A stretch of 64,000 nucleotides of DNA from Bigelowiella natans CCMP2755. Lineage: Eukaryota; Protista; Cercozoa. The stretch lies in assembly GCA_000320545.1 (NCBI GenBank), contig ADNK01000619.1:9067-73066 (forward strand). The letters run 5' to 3'. Every line of letters begins with the position of its first letter. Position 1 is the stretch's first letter. The notes under the pieces are model-generated. The model was not told the origin of the DNA, did not search any database, and was given only the letters and a program-made list of their open reading frames with translations. This document shows, in pieces, positions 36,726 to 50,646 of the stretch. Both the position numbers and the translations under genes were made by a program.

Positions 36726-37660
36726 TACATAGAAGCTGGATTAGTTAGTCCATGGTAATATAATTACAGATATAACCATAGTGAAACTCAACCAAATAGT
36801 AACAGAAGTAGTAATAGTAGTAGCAGAAGTAGTAGGTATCAGTACGTTGATCGGTAGTTTATTCCTCTACTATTATCAATCCATCGACGATATAGTCGCA
36901 TGGGGATGGCATGCATGCGCTGGTGTGATGTGTGATGATATGTGTATATATTCATTGAGCAATCTATAATATGCGTGACTAATGATCATTGTTTTATTTC
37001 TGGACCTTAGCCAAACGACGTTCAAAGATGCATACCCGTACTTGAACTGTTAACGTAGTAACACCTACATGGATATCGGTGTCGCTATAACGCATAATTT
37101 TCCCATATCGTACCGATGAGTTCGCATATATAGATATATCCACAAAATAATGCTAGGTGGCAATCGGCTTCACCATTTTGCTAGCTTGCATGTGCGGCAA
37201 TAAGTCGCCCTTAACAAAGACTTCATGACTGAATGCTCATCATTGTGTTTTATGATAACTAGATAACATAAGCAATGGTGATAGGATAGGACGCTTGCTC
37301 TGATTTCACATGGCTGAATGCTAAGCTAAATTTATGTGAAGAGAGTATGCTCATGTGTCGATCGTAGCGTGTTCTAGTGTTGCTGCAAGGGAACTGTCTA
37401 AATTTTGTCACGTTCATGCCCATTCTCCCAGTTATTCGCCGCACACATCTACGCGCTATATGTTATATGCAAATGTAACGCCAACAAGTGAGCCAGTGCA
37501 CCGAGTATTCTAGGACTCCCCACTCCTCCTGCTAGCCTGGCCTCCCTATGATTTCTAGCTCATATAAGCTACTATTGTATTGCTACATCGATGGCACATC
37601 CTAATAACACCGCTTATAATCCTAGATAATACATAGTTGCTGGCGCAAAAACAAACGGGC

Positions 37661-37860
37661 ACAACACCAGCGCTGTAGCCACAGCATTCTAGCATTGCAC
37701 AGCCACATTGGGATGACCATTGAACAAATGTACTTATTTATTCATTAGAAGACATCTATCTTAGCGGTGCTGGTGCCGCAGCATTGCACAGCTACATTAG
37801 GATGACTGTTAGAAAAATCGAATTGTTTTATTACATCCGTCTCATAGATGCTGGTGCGAT
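37661..37860. repeat. Short dispersed repeat, two partial tandem copies; third copy at 53321-53425
   Basis: Shared blocks ACAACAnnAGCGCTGTAGCC, TGCAyrGCyrCATTrGGATGACyrTT and ATTACATyCGTCTCATA. Confidence 0.85.
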
Positions 37861-37979
37861 TTATAGTATTCGGTTTTACGTTTTGGGCCATTCGTTCATT
37901 CATCCATCAAGACCACACCGCAGCAGAATTGTAGCTAGCTGCTGCTGCTGCTGCTAGTAGCATGCCTGACTTCTCGTCA

Positions 37980-39195
37980 TCAATAGAAGATTGGAGCGCC
38001 ACATTTGCACGAATTCCTCCTGCCCATGCAAACACGGTCATAGACTGGGTTCTTGGCTGCAAAAGACTTCTCCCTTGGAGTGTTAAGAAGTAAGGTTTCC
38101 GCCCAAGCTTTGAGGCGGGGGTCCTACGATACGTACACCATGCGAATAATAAGTCAGAGCAGTAGAGTAGTAATTCGGTGTATAGCAGCAGCAGCAGCTG
38201 CAGCAGGAGACTTGTTCACTCTCAGAATGCTCTTGCTCCTTCGAGTTTTCATCAGTTGTTTGTCGCACAGGAGGAAGCAGGACGACTGTTAGGCGAACAA
38301 TAAGCGACAGATCGCCACCCCACCCCCCTCAACCCCCCTCCCCCCCACTCTCACTACCACTGTTACTACGTGTAGTGCTACTGCAACCACCTTGTGGATA
38401 TTTTGGTACAAGTTGTAAAGACGGACGGAGAGAATAGCGTCGGTAGCTGCATCGTGGGGTTCCCTCTGAGGAAGTGAAAGGAGACTCTTTGCCTCGTGCT
38501 GTAAGCTGAAGTAGGTGAAGGATCTATATTTAGGGTTCTTCACCCTCCACAATCCAGCTAGATCACGCATTCCTGCAAAATCTTGGCCCTCGGTCAATTT
38601 TAGCCATTGTACATCCTAATCATCATCATCATCATCGTCACCATTATCATTGTCGCATTATCAGCGGTGATGATTGGAATATATAACAGTAGGTGATGAC
38701 GATGATGATGATGAGGTACTGCTATTAACACTGCTATTTTATTACCTTGAGGATGTTTTGCCCTACCAGAACAGCTTCCTTGGGCAATAAGCTCTTCACT
38801 TTGTCAACTGCCTCTTTCAACTATCATTATAGTAGTAGCAAGTAGTAGCAGTAATGGTAGTAGTAGTAATAGTAGTAGTAGTAGCAGTAAGATCAAGAAC
38901 CAAAGGCGAATAATCATGTTAAACCGTCTTTTCATCATCATCATCATCATCATCATGAACCAACCGGAATTCCCTTTTCTTCAATAAGCTCCTCAGTGAG
39001 ACCAGTGAGAGCTGTCAGGTAGCTGATAAAAATCATATCATAGACACGACGACGACGAAGACGACGAGGAGGAGGAGGGGGATGGTAATGACGATGATGA
39101 CGATGATGATGATGATGAGGATTTAATGACACATGTACACACACACACACACACAGAGTGAGAGGAAGAGTGAGAGGGAGGGAGGGAAAGAGAGA

Positions 39196-39240
<45 letters not shown>

Positions 39241-39506
39241 ACCACACACACAGATGTATTGTTACGAAGACAACGAATGAAGAGGAATCATGATCATCAT
39301 CATCAATTGAAATGGTCCTCCTCCTCCTCACTAGCTAATAATTATCCTGGCATCACCTTCCTCCTCCTCATCATCATCATCACTTTGTAGTATTATTACT
39401 ACTAGTAGCTACTACCTAAAGACTTTTTCCTCTGGTTTGACATAAAGATTGCACTTGACTTGGCAGTTTTGATCCACCAATGCGATCTGTGCCACAGTCC
39501 TGCTCG

Positions 39507-39538
<32 letters not shown>

Positions 39539-39600
39539 AAGAAGAAGAAAGATGAAGATGATAAAACATCCATCGTTGTGATCATATATGAAGAGGACAC

Positions 39601-39633
<33 letters not shown>

Positions 39634-40722
39634 TACACCTTTTGTTGTGTTGTGGTCCTGTGGCCACGCATTCAACGTCAATTGAGAAAATCGGTGCTTG
39701 AGAGGAGGAAGTATCTTTGCCATCAAGCGACAATGATGACGACGAAGACGATGATGATGATGCAGGGATGAGGCATAGTTGGTTGAATAGCTGTGGAGCA
39801 ATCACGAAGAGGGGGGGAGAGAAGGGGTCAAAAAACAAAGGATGTTGTTAGTCGCTTGTGCATGATGTTGTTCCAATGGATGATGATGATGATGATATCT
39901 CTTTCATCTAAATGTCACTGCTTTCATGACCACTCATCACCACCACCACCATCATCGTCATCATCGTTACTAGTAGAATGACTACCTGGATTATTGAGCC
40001 TGTATTGATAGTAGCACTACCGGAAGTGCCTGTAGTGCTATAGACTGATGATGAAGGAGTAATAATCTGGTGGTGCTGCAGCTGCTGTTTGTACGCGTTG
40101 GTAGCTGCAACTGCTGGCTGCTGATTCAGATGTTGGTGCATTACTACTTGCGTGTAATAATAGGGGGGGGGCACCGCAGCAGCACCAGCAGGAGCACGAA
40201 TCAACTGCGGTGAGGAGGTGGCACCAGGAGCAGAGGAAGAAGTCTTTGTGGAAGAAGAAGAAGAAGAAGTGTCACGTACTGCTGCTACACGCAACATCCC
40301 GTTATTGGAATTGGCAGCTGCAGCAGTAGCATTAGTAGTAGCATTAGTAGTAGCATTAGTAGTAGCAGTAGTAGTCGAAGGTGCAATAGGAGGAGTTACA
40401 GCAGCCATCTGAGGGCGAAGATGATGATGATGAGGATGATGACGACGACGATGATGATGAGGATAGTGGATTTGCTGCTGCTGCTGCTGGTGCCCTGCTG
40501 CTCCCTAAAGACAGAGAAAAGGAGAAGGGGGGAGAGAGAGGGGGGGGGGGGGAGAAGGAAGAAAAAGGAAATAGAGCATAAGGAGGAGGAGAAGAAAGAC
40601 AGGGATGACGATGTGGATGATGTTGCTGAAGACGACTGCTCTGCTACTACAACAACTACTGCAGTACCCACATCATCGTCATCATCATCATAGTTGATAG
40701 TTGGTGATTATGGATGACGATG

Positions 40723-40781
<59 letters not shown>

Positions 40782-42156
40782 TGTCTATATCTGTCCTGAC
40801 ATGATTACTATGTACGACCTGAAGATGCATGTTGGCTAATCCTTGTTGCGCCATCATCACTAAGTTGGTACTACCAACTGTAGTAGCAGTACCAGACTGC
40901 TGCTGATGCTGCTGCATGGTATGTGGATAATAGCCGTACTGGTCATATGCAACTAAGAACTGGGGGGGGGAGGCTTGCTGATGTTGTAGGTAGCCTCCTG
41001 TTGTTGCCGCTGCTGCTGATGGTGGTGTGGCACTACTCGATGTTATAATTGGCTGCTGCTGATGCTGCTGCTGATTGTGATGATGATGGCGACGATGATG
41101 GTAGTGATTCTGGTATTGCTTGTGATGTTGGTGTCGGCTGTTGCCGCTAGTGCTGCTACTGGTGGTGGCAGTGCTGCTAGTTGTAAATCCACCTGATCTC
41201 CTTCCACGACCGCCGCGATGGTTTCTTCTTCCTCCTCTCCCACGATGATGATAGTGCTGCTGCTGCTGCTGCTGACGATGATACTGACTGTGATGGTGTT
41301 CATTAACGTTTCCACCACGAATAATGCTGCCGTTTCTGCTATTGAGAGGGTGGGTACTATTATTTCCTAGTGCCCCCCCTCCTCGGTGATGGTAATGATG
41401 ATTTTGATGTTGGTGATGCTGGCCGTGCTTCTGGTGCTGGTGATGACCTCCCCTACCGGTAGCATTTTGTCTCTTGTTGTTGCTAGTGGCCCCTCCTCCA
41501 GAATTAGACGATGGCGAAGAAGTCAAAGCTCCTGTTACTGTCGCAGAAGCAGCCATGCCAACGGCACCCTGTAAATTTTGATGTTGTTGATGATGCTTTC
41601 CCTTCCCTGAAGACTTGTGTTGCCTTGCAATCGATGTCTTTTGTACTGACCCATCATCTTTGGTATCATGTGATTTTGAATGGATCGTCTGAACTTGCGA
41701 ACTCGCTAGAGCTGGGGGCGAATTTTCAACGTCAATTTTTTTGACCTTGTTCTTCTTCTTGCTGTTGTTATTGTTGTTACCATTGTGATTCTGAATCTTG
41801 TTGGGATTGGAGGAAGGGGTTTTGCTATGCATCGTTCTGAAGGGGATCGAAGGGTTATCCTCATTTTGAGGCTTTTTAGACGTCGAATGCTGCACTTTCT
41901 GAATTGCATGAGTACGGGCGGTGTTTACACTTGACTTTTTTGTAGACGTATTCATTGAGTCTGGAGGCACAGAAGAAATGGTATGGCCGCCATGATCTAG
42001 TTTGGTAGCACTTTTGAGGAAATTTAGAGTTGGTCCTGGTTTGGTGGAGGTGGGGCCACTTTTACTGTTTTTTTCATTGCTATTTGTGTTTTTGCTGCTA
42101 CTGCTGTTGGTAGAGGAACGCTTCATCACCGCAGCGTAAGATACTGTTGATGGCAT
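37980..42156 (-). CDS. DEDDh 3'-5' exonuclease (REX4/ISG20-like) with a long low-complexity N-terminal region
   Basis: ExoI IFSIDVECVATG, SYLTALTGLT, ExoII LVGQNILKDVQWL, ExoIII PHDAATDAILSVRLY, C-terminal VCMGRRNSCKCGAPIFY* (stop 37980-37982); first exon of about 450 codons rich in S/N/H/Q/G. Confidence 0.88.
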
Positions 42157-42467
42157 GGGCCAGAGACAAACAAGCGTATTGCTTACGAAGTACTAAAGCG
42201 ATAGCAGATGTACTATTCACCGAATAGCTTGAAACATAGGATGATGGTTGGTCCTGTCGGCTCTATGGAACGATGTTGGCGGGGAGGAGTGATCGCAAAT
42301 CCTGATGTTAAGATTCAGAGTTCGTTCCTTTTACATCCTAAAATAATCAAATATAGGTCGTTTATGTACCGAATAGCGTAGAAGGATCGTCGCACTGAAA
42401 ATTCATTAAATGATAATTGTCGTAACCCGCCATATCGTAAATGTGTGGCATAGATGGATAAACATAG

Positions 42468-43802
42468 GTTATTTTTCTTATACGACAACATAAATAATCC
42501 ATGCGATGCTGATCGGTGTCGCTGCAACTGTGAGCTCAGAGCTGCTGCTCCTTGCGACGATGATGAAGTACATTCTCAGGCTGAAAAAAGCAGATCGAGT
42601 GTTCGAATTTGCTGAAAGGAAGGAGAACAACCTGTAAAACGCACTTACGACTACGTCACAATCTTGTCGCTTACAAAAAATGCGTAAACAATACAAACTG
42701 GACGGAACTGCTTTTCTGGTCGAACGAGCGAGTGTGCCGTCGTCCGCCTCCTGCTAGATCCACAACTACTACTTCCTACAAGGCATGGCATCCGAATCCA
42801 CTCGCAGCACAACAAACGATACGAAGAACACGCCCACCACCACGGATAGAAATCTCTTGTACTCTATCAATGCACTTTCAACGGCTTTGAAGGTAAAACC
42901 ACCCTTGCAAAGCAATTCCACACTTTGTGCCGACCTTTCTTTGCATGTGTAGGAGATACAATCGCTCCCCACTGGACGCAGGGTCTACGAGAGAGTTGGT
43001 AAGGGGCAAGTGTTATTTCTCGTTAAGGATCGCACTGATCTCAAGACGCGCCTCAAGGCTCAACTCAAAGACTCCATCAAAGCCGCTAAAACCCAGACCT
43101 CAAGACAGGTTGGAGCGAATTCAACACTTTCTTTCATACATGCACGCGCGCGCGCGAGTCCAATTACTGCACAAAATGAGAATAATATTGGCAAATTAGG
43201 AATAATATGAAAGCGATGGAAATACACCATTGCTCACGAGCATGGGAATCCAAAAAGAAGGTCGATCGAAGCACCTTTATTACTGAATCGCTGCAGATAA
43301 TATTGATAACTTACTTCGAAGCATTTCCACTTCAGATGTACAACAACAAGCAGAGCAGAGCGGCTTCTAGTTTTCTACTACTGATTTATCTCCTGCAACA
43401 ATGATGAAGTGGCCCTCCTTTGTCTTCTCATTCCTCCTCTTCCTCTTCGTTCTCCTTGTTGTCATTACCTAATATTAGAGTCTGGTCCTTGCTGCTCTGA
43501 TTACTCTTCTTCTCGGTACAGCCTCGACTACTTTCTGTAGCCGTAGATTCGGCTCAATAGTTGAAGGACTTAATGATGATGATGATGATGGTTCGTGGCG
43601 ATCATCGAGGTACTGCATTTAATAACATCTATCCGCAACTAATGATGCGTGCATTGGACCGAATTATGATCAATTTAGTGGCTGAAGGATGTGTGCTAAA
43701 CTTCCAGATCTATTATTTTCTTTGCTACGATATATTTATATATCTATACTTCGATCGAGGTGTTTGGGTGCTGTTGTATACCTACCTCATCATAGATGGC
43801 AT

Positions 43803-43843
<41 letters not shown>

Positions 43844-45316
43844 TAGACGATAGACGTAATGATTATTTCTCCACATCCAGAAACCCTCCTGCTCCTTCCC
43901 TCGCTGCTGCTCCTTCTGCTGTTACTCCTCCGCTCAACATGTTGGACCAGACTTTGAATTTCGAGTGCCTCAAATTGCGTGGACGACGTCTTTCCGTAGG
44001 CTCGTCGATGCAACAAGGCGGCAGAATGAGGAAAGAATGGGAGGAAAAGCTCGACCAAAATCTGGTGGAGAGATGGAAGCGAGAGGCAGAACAAGGCCAA
44101 ATTCACGCCCAGGTTGATCTTCATTCAAATCATCATCGATTCGACGTATAGATAAATCATCAATGTTGTCTTTTTGGGAGACACGTAGTGTTAGAGCATA
44201 TCAATCCACGATAACATGGATTTATAAGCGCATGCATCGTGATTCAAATGATCGCACACTACTATTTTTCAGTATGATCTTGGGATGGCCTACTTACATG
44301 GCAACGACTATCTGCAACAAGATACGCAAAAGGTATTCTCTCTTTGTCCCACCACTGTTGTCATGATCCGACCACTATGAGGTATTCATTGTAGCACCCA
44401 TCGTTCATTGATACATGATAAATGTGATTATGTTGCTATTTCTGATTGCATTTCTGTGGGCCCTTGAAGGCGTTAACATGGTTGCGAGAATCCGCTTTCT
44501 TTGGACACCCAAGAGCCAAGGATCAGCTTTCAGTCCTGCGTCAAGTACTAGTACTAGTAGTAGTAGCAAGCTAACAACTCGCGAAGTGCTTGAATGTTGT
44601 AGGTGCTTTAACACATAATGTTGATGAATGCTTATATGTTATGATGGTGTTACAACAACATAGCAAGGTGTCGGTGTCAATGCGGAAGATCCGAAAGCTT
44701 TACTTTGGTTTGGAAATGCCGCCAGGTAGAAGTGCTGCAACTGCTGCATTATCATTATTATTATTATTATTATTATTGTTATTATTATTATCATGGTAGC
44801 AGTATTTGATGATGATGAGCTAGTAAGTTATAATTAGCAATCACTGTAAGATACCATCAGTAGCTTTGAAGAGACAACATTAGACATCAAATATCAAAAC
44901 AACTTAAAAGTCCGGTATTCCTTTGTAAAAATGGCAAATAATCATAATTCCTTACCTTTATTGGGTAATAATAATGATAATAATAATAATTATAATGTCT
45001 TTGGTCTGCTCTATGTCTCCCCGTTTTGTTTGTTCCTTCCTTCCGTTTGCAGAGATGGAAGTGCGGAAGCTGCAATATATTTAGTGTGAGTCAAATCGTA
45101 TTATAACTGGTGTTGGCGCTATTTATTCTTTGTTTATTTCAGTACTGCCACATCATGGTACTAACAATGCTGATATCTCAGACAGAGCTTGTTGTTTTCT
45201 CATCATCAACTGTTTATTCCTTTGTGCGCTGCTACTTCCTAGGAAACTAATCACCAAGAAAAAGATGATCAATGTGAACATACCACTTCATTTAATAGGT
45301 AATGGCATCTTCCCCT

Positions 45317-45365
<49 letters not shown>

Positions 45366-45477
45366 GAGGGAGGATGTTTGTGACTACACAAGTAACTAAT
45401 CCAAACAGCGTCACGGGCATTTCATCGTTTGTTTTATTACCACCAAAGTATTATCTTCTCCTCATGTTCAATCATGT

Positions 45478-45509
<32 letters not shown>

Positions 45510-45664
45510 ACTTCCTCTTCTTCTTTCGTTGATATATCGTTTATTTCTTCTTCTTCTTCTTCTTTTCCTCCTCCTCTTCTATGCTAGAGAGTTGGCTTGT
45601 GAAATATATACGGCTGACGGCATCATCATGTTCAACAAATGGAACAGCTCCAAGAGCAATGTAT

Positions 45665-45698
<34 letters not shown>

Positions 45699-46299
45699 AG
45701 CACACCACAGTGTAGCGCCTTACCTAAGGAAACCCAGTATCATTCCGATTATTTGTTTAGACTACCAGTAGAACTACTAGCACGAATACTGCTGCTGCTG
45801 CTACTACTACTACTACTACTATCTTCTGCTGCTGCTGCTACTGCTGCTCCAACTAGCCGCCACAACAAAAATAACAATAGCAACAAGCACCTTAAAAGAC
45901 ATCATCTTTGCGCTATGCTTTCCCTTTATCCCTCACTTTCTTCTTCTTCTTCTTCTTCTTTTTTCTTCTTTCTATCCTTCCACGATATTCATAGGTATAG
46001 CCTTGGAATCTTATACCTTCATATGCTTTCAGAATTAATTGGTACTTATCGATCGTTTCTCTTCACTAGTCTTTGTAACAAAATTGTCTGCTTCTTCGAC
46101 TTACTTTCTTCTTCTTCTTCTTCTTCTTTTTCTTCTTCTTTACTGTTTATCATGCATACTGTTTACCACTCTTCCTCCTCCCCCTCCTACTACTGCTACT
46201 GCTGCTGCTGCTGCTGCTACCTTCTAATCCCCTCCCAGGGCAAGGAAAAGGATCAAAGGAGACAACGATTTCGGTTCAGTATGATCCGGTATATATTTA

Positions 46300-46331
<32 letters not shown>

Positions 46332-47638
46332 TTATTTTATGTTATTAGCATGTTATAAGTTGTTGTAGTAGCAGCCGCTCTATTTCTGTTGCTAGTAGCT
46401 GAGTAAGAGAGTTGTTCTTATTGTTAATTTGGTTCCATAACCAATGTAGGAACAACTGCAAAAACGAAGGGAGAGTTTAAGAAAAGAAGTGGAAGAGAAT
46501 GAGTCGTTTCTTCGGCAATTGAAAAGTGAGGAGGAGGAGGAGGAGGAGGAGGAGGAGGAGGAGGAGAAGAAGAACAGCAAGAAGAAGAATTAATGATGCT
46601 TTTCTTGTTATGACACACATTTACGATCATCATCATCAGCTATAAGGCTATCTCAATCATCAATAATCGTCATCATCATCATCTTCTTCTTCATCATCGT
46701 TCTCACCACCACCACCACCACCACCATCTCATCATCCTCTTAAACCAAGTGATTCATCCTGTTGATTTGGTTTCGTGCTCGTGTTGCTTGTTTGCAGGTG
46801 GGGAACAGCCTGTGGAAAATTGGGGAAAAGGCGAAGAAGAAGAAAATGATCACGGGAGAAGAGGAGGAGGCAGAAGACCCAATAGCATTACAAAGGATGC
46901 TAATCACGCTACTAACACGGGGGGAAAGGAGAAATTGGTGGATTTCCTCTCTGAGTACCTAACTCTAAAACATAAAGGAAGCTACGATGACTGTGATGAT
47001 GATGATGATGGTGATGGTGACAAAGCCAACAACAATCGTCAGAATAATGCAGCAGCAGCAGCAGCCGATGAAGTTGATAGTATAAACGGAGGAAGAGCTG
47101 CTCCCCCCCCATTTGCAGAGCTTGGCCTCGTGTTAAAGGGTATTCATTTCGTTGTTACAATGTGCTGCAAAAGAAGAAGACACAACAACACAACAAGATC
47201 ATGCATGCACATATATTGTTCCTTTCAGAGATACGATTTTAAGAAACAAGCCCTAATCCTCCTCCTACTGCAACGAATGCTTAACCGCCATTCGAACCAG
47301 ATTTCTCTGATTCTCTTTTTGAGAAACTCCTTCTTCTTGTTGTTGGTCTCCTCCTCACCCTTGCTCACTTGCTCACTGACTCGTCCTACAGGAGGAGTGG
47401 TGGTTAAAGTAACTGAGGGGTCGCTACCGATGCTTCAAGGTGTAGCACCAGGCTTTGAGATCGTAAATACTGCTTCTGCTTCTGCTGCTGCTGCTACGTC
47501 GCCAATGCTTTCTCCTCCTCCTCCTCACCGAGAAGAAGAAGGAGAAGATGGTTCCGTCATCATCAGTAAAGGAGGAGGAGGAGGCACAACCAGCACCATG
47601 AATGGAGAGAATGCTGTTATGAGACTGAAGGTAGTTTT

Positions 47639-47669
<31 letters not shown>

Positions 47670-49149
47670 GCGGCATATGATGATGATGATGATGATTAAG
47701 TTATGATCATCGAGCTGCTGCTGCTGCTGCTTTCGAAAGAAAAGACAGATACTGTTGCATCATCGTCATCATTATCGTGCATACTCATCATCATCGTGTG
47801 TTTGTGGTAGGAGCTGGCACACGGTAAATCGAAGTTCTTCGTCGTCTTTCGTCGTGTAGAAACACAAGAACAAATCCGCAACAAAGCTTTGTTCTGGTTG
47901 AAGGTACTAATAGTAGAAGAAGAAGAATAAGACTGATACAACACCAACCAAGATCAATATAAAACGACTACGATAACTAAGTGTTCTTCTTCTTCTTCCA
48001 CCACTTTTCTCACTATCATCACCATCAAGACATTATATCATTAATTCGTGTGTTAGTAATATCTTCAATGATGTTATACCCAGACAAGTGCAGAGCACAA
48101 TCAAACCGAAGCGCAGTTGGCCTTGTCGCACCTCCTCTACCCTTTTAACAGGACGAAAACGGTGCTCACCCACTGACACTATTTCACTCACACTTGTAGC
48201 ACTAGTTGAAGTAGTAGCCGTTCGCATAATGGTGATGATAGTAAAAATAATAACAATAATAATAATAATAATAATAATAATGATGACAAGGAGGAGGAGG
48301 AGGAGGAGGAGGGAGGAGGAGACTGTAAGCAGTCTTTGTTTGACTTTGTGTTGCTGCCGCTGCCACGGTCCCTTCCTTCTTCACTAGCGATGATTCCTGA
48401 GTGTGGATGGGCTAATGATGTTCTTGCCAGTCACTGACCGACTGCTATTGACAGATTGAGGATAATGATTTAGCTTTCCAGCAGCTTTTTGTGCAGCAAG
48501 ATCCGTTAGTTGCAGGAGGTCGGTGGTAGTCGATTCTGTGTATATTATTATAGCAAATACTACTCTTGGTCTTAGCCCAGCATAGTTTCTGTTGTTGTTG
48601 TTGTTGTTGTTGTTGCTTGCTTGCTATTGTGGACAACAACAGAAACAATGAATTTAAATTCGCTCGATAAAAGCAATTTTATCATCATCCATCATCTTCA
48701 TCATCATCATCATCATCATCATTTTTGCTCTTTTTTGGTCTAGGAGTTCCTTCGGATATTGATGCCTCTAATCATTGGCTACGGTAATGATAACAGTGAC
48801 ACCATCATCATCATCATCGTCATCATCATCATCGTTCTTTTTCGTGTCGTAGGAATGATGATCATGATCATGGTGATGATGATCATGGATGTGTTTATAT
48901 CTCTTTCTGGCCATTCCTCCTCCTCCTTCTCCCCAATACAAACTACTCAGGGCGGCTGCAAAGACAGGAGAGCCAAGAGCAATGTAGCATATGATTTTAT
49001 CCATCGTCGTCATCATCATCATCATCATCGTCATCCTTCACTCACACGTCGAGCAACACCATAATAACCTCATTTTGCAAGAGATTAATGATCAATCGGT
49101 CAACCACATCAATTGAGATCTAATGAGATTACTCATAATGATGATGGCA

Positions 49150-49182
<33 letters not shown>

Positions 49183-50226
49183 CAGCATATTGCATTGCTG
49201 TTATTGTTGTTTCCCTTATAATTATTCCCCCTCCTCCTCCTCATCCTCCTTGCTGCTTCTTTATCTGATATGAGGTACGAGATTGGTCGCAGGTTGCTCG
49301 AGAGGATGATGTGGCATTCAGATCAAAGTTGTGTTCAGTTGTGTGTGCTAGTATCCTAGTAGTAGTAGTAGTAGTAGTTGTTGTTGTTGATACTTTTACG
49401 GTAGTGGTAGTATTAGTCAAGGAGGGGTAATAACACCAACAACGACAACGACGACTAGATATTTAGCGTGATTGTTGTGCCGCCCCTCATCATCACCATC
49501 ATCATCATTATTATTATTATCATCATCATCATCATGCGTTCCGCCTGATGATCAACACCGCACATACTACGAATATTTGTGTGCATTTTCACGATTATTA
49601 AGGCACGATCGATGTGGAGCAGCTTGAAAGCGACATGGATTGCATCATCAATAAGAAAAAGACGAAGAAGATGGAAGAGGAGGAGGAGGAGAAGAAGGAG
49701 GAGGATAAAGAGAAAGAACAAGTGAATAATGAAGCTGCACATGATAGTGGCGGTATTGAAGACAAGTCTTCTCCATGTTATTGGTTTCTTAGGTAGTACT
49801 ATTTATCGTTGATTCCTTCACGGCGTGCATTTAGCTACTTCTCGCTCACTTACACACTCTCTACTCTACATTTCTCAGGGCGGCGGAGGGAGGGGATATC
49901 GATGGTAGATTTTACAGAGGAGACGCAATCTTCGCACACACACACACACACACATACATACACACACATATACAGATACACACATACACACCAATGCATC
50001 CGGTGTGTGTGTGTGTGTGTGTGTGAGTGCTTTTTGTTAAGTCACAGCGACAATCTACCTTAATGCATATTCTCTCGCATATGGCAAGTGCCACACTCCG
50101 AGAAACACCCTCTTGCTTCATCACACAGTGGACAGCCTCACCCCCTATGAAGCAATTCACTCACTCATGTTCATAGGCATGAGAGCTACTGCTTCATGTT
50201 ACAAAGCTGGGAAATATGGGTCAGTG

Positions 50227-50266
<40 letters not shown>

Positions 50267-50602
50267 AGTTTCCGTGGTAAGAGTGGTGGGTTTGGTGGTG
50301 GATTCTGGTAACATGAGAGACTACTGTGAGTGTGAGTGTGTATGTGTGTGTGTGTGTGTGTGTGGTGTGTGTGTGTGTTTGTGCAGCATCGAGTCTTATT
50401 CTACTGTTATAACGATGATACTAGTAATAAGAGAGTGCGTGTGTGATGTCGTTCATTAGGGTCAAGACTTCAGACTACACTTCCGCATTGCATTGGTAAG
50501 CTTTTGTTGGTAGTTGAGAATAGATAATCATCATACCATCTTGGAATTGATCCACGATCATCATGCATTTCTAACTCCGTTGCAGTTATCCCTGCTCATA
50601 AA

Positions 50603-50646
<44 letters not shown>

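Noticed and set aside
37661-37860. SECIS element or C/D snoRNA in the 3' repeat
   Set aside because: ATGA...AA is present on the minus strand but there is no matching stem with a 3' GA quartet, no C/D box pair, and no in-frame TGA in the adjacent genes.
45130-46640. Many poly-L/S/H/Y ORFs in the six-frame track, here and throughout the window
   Set aside because: They are translations of intronic microsatellites, often starting at TTG or GTG.
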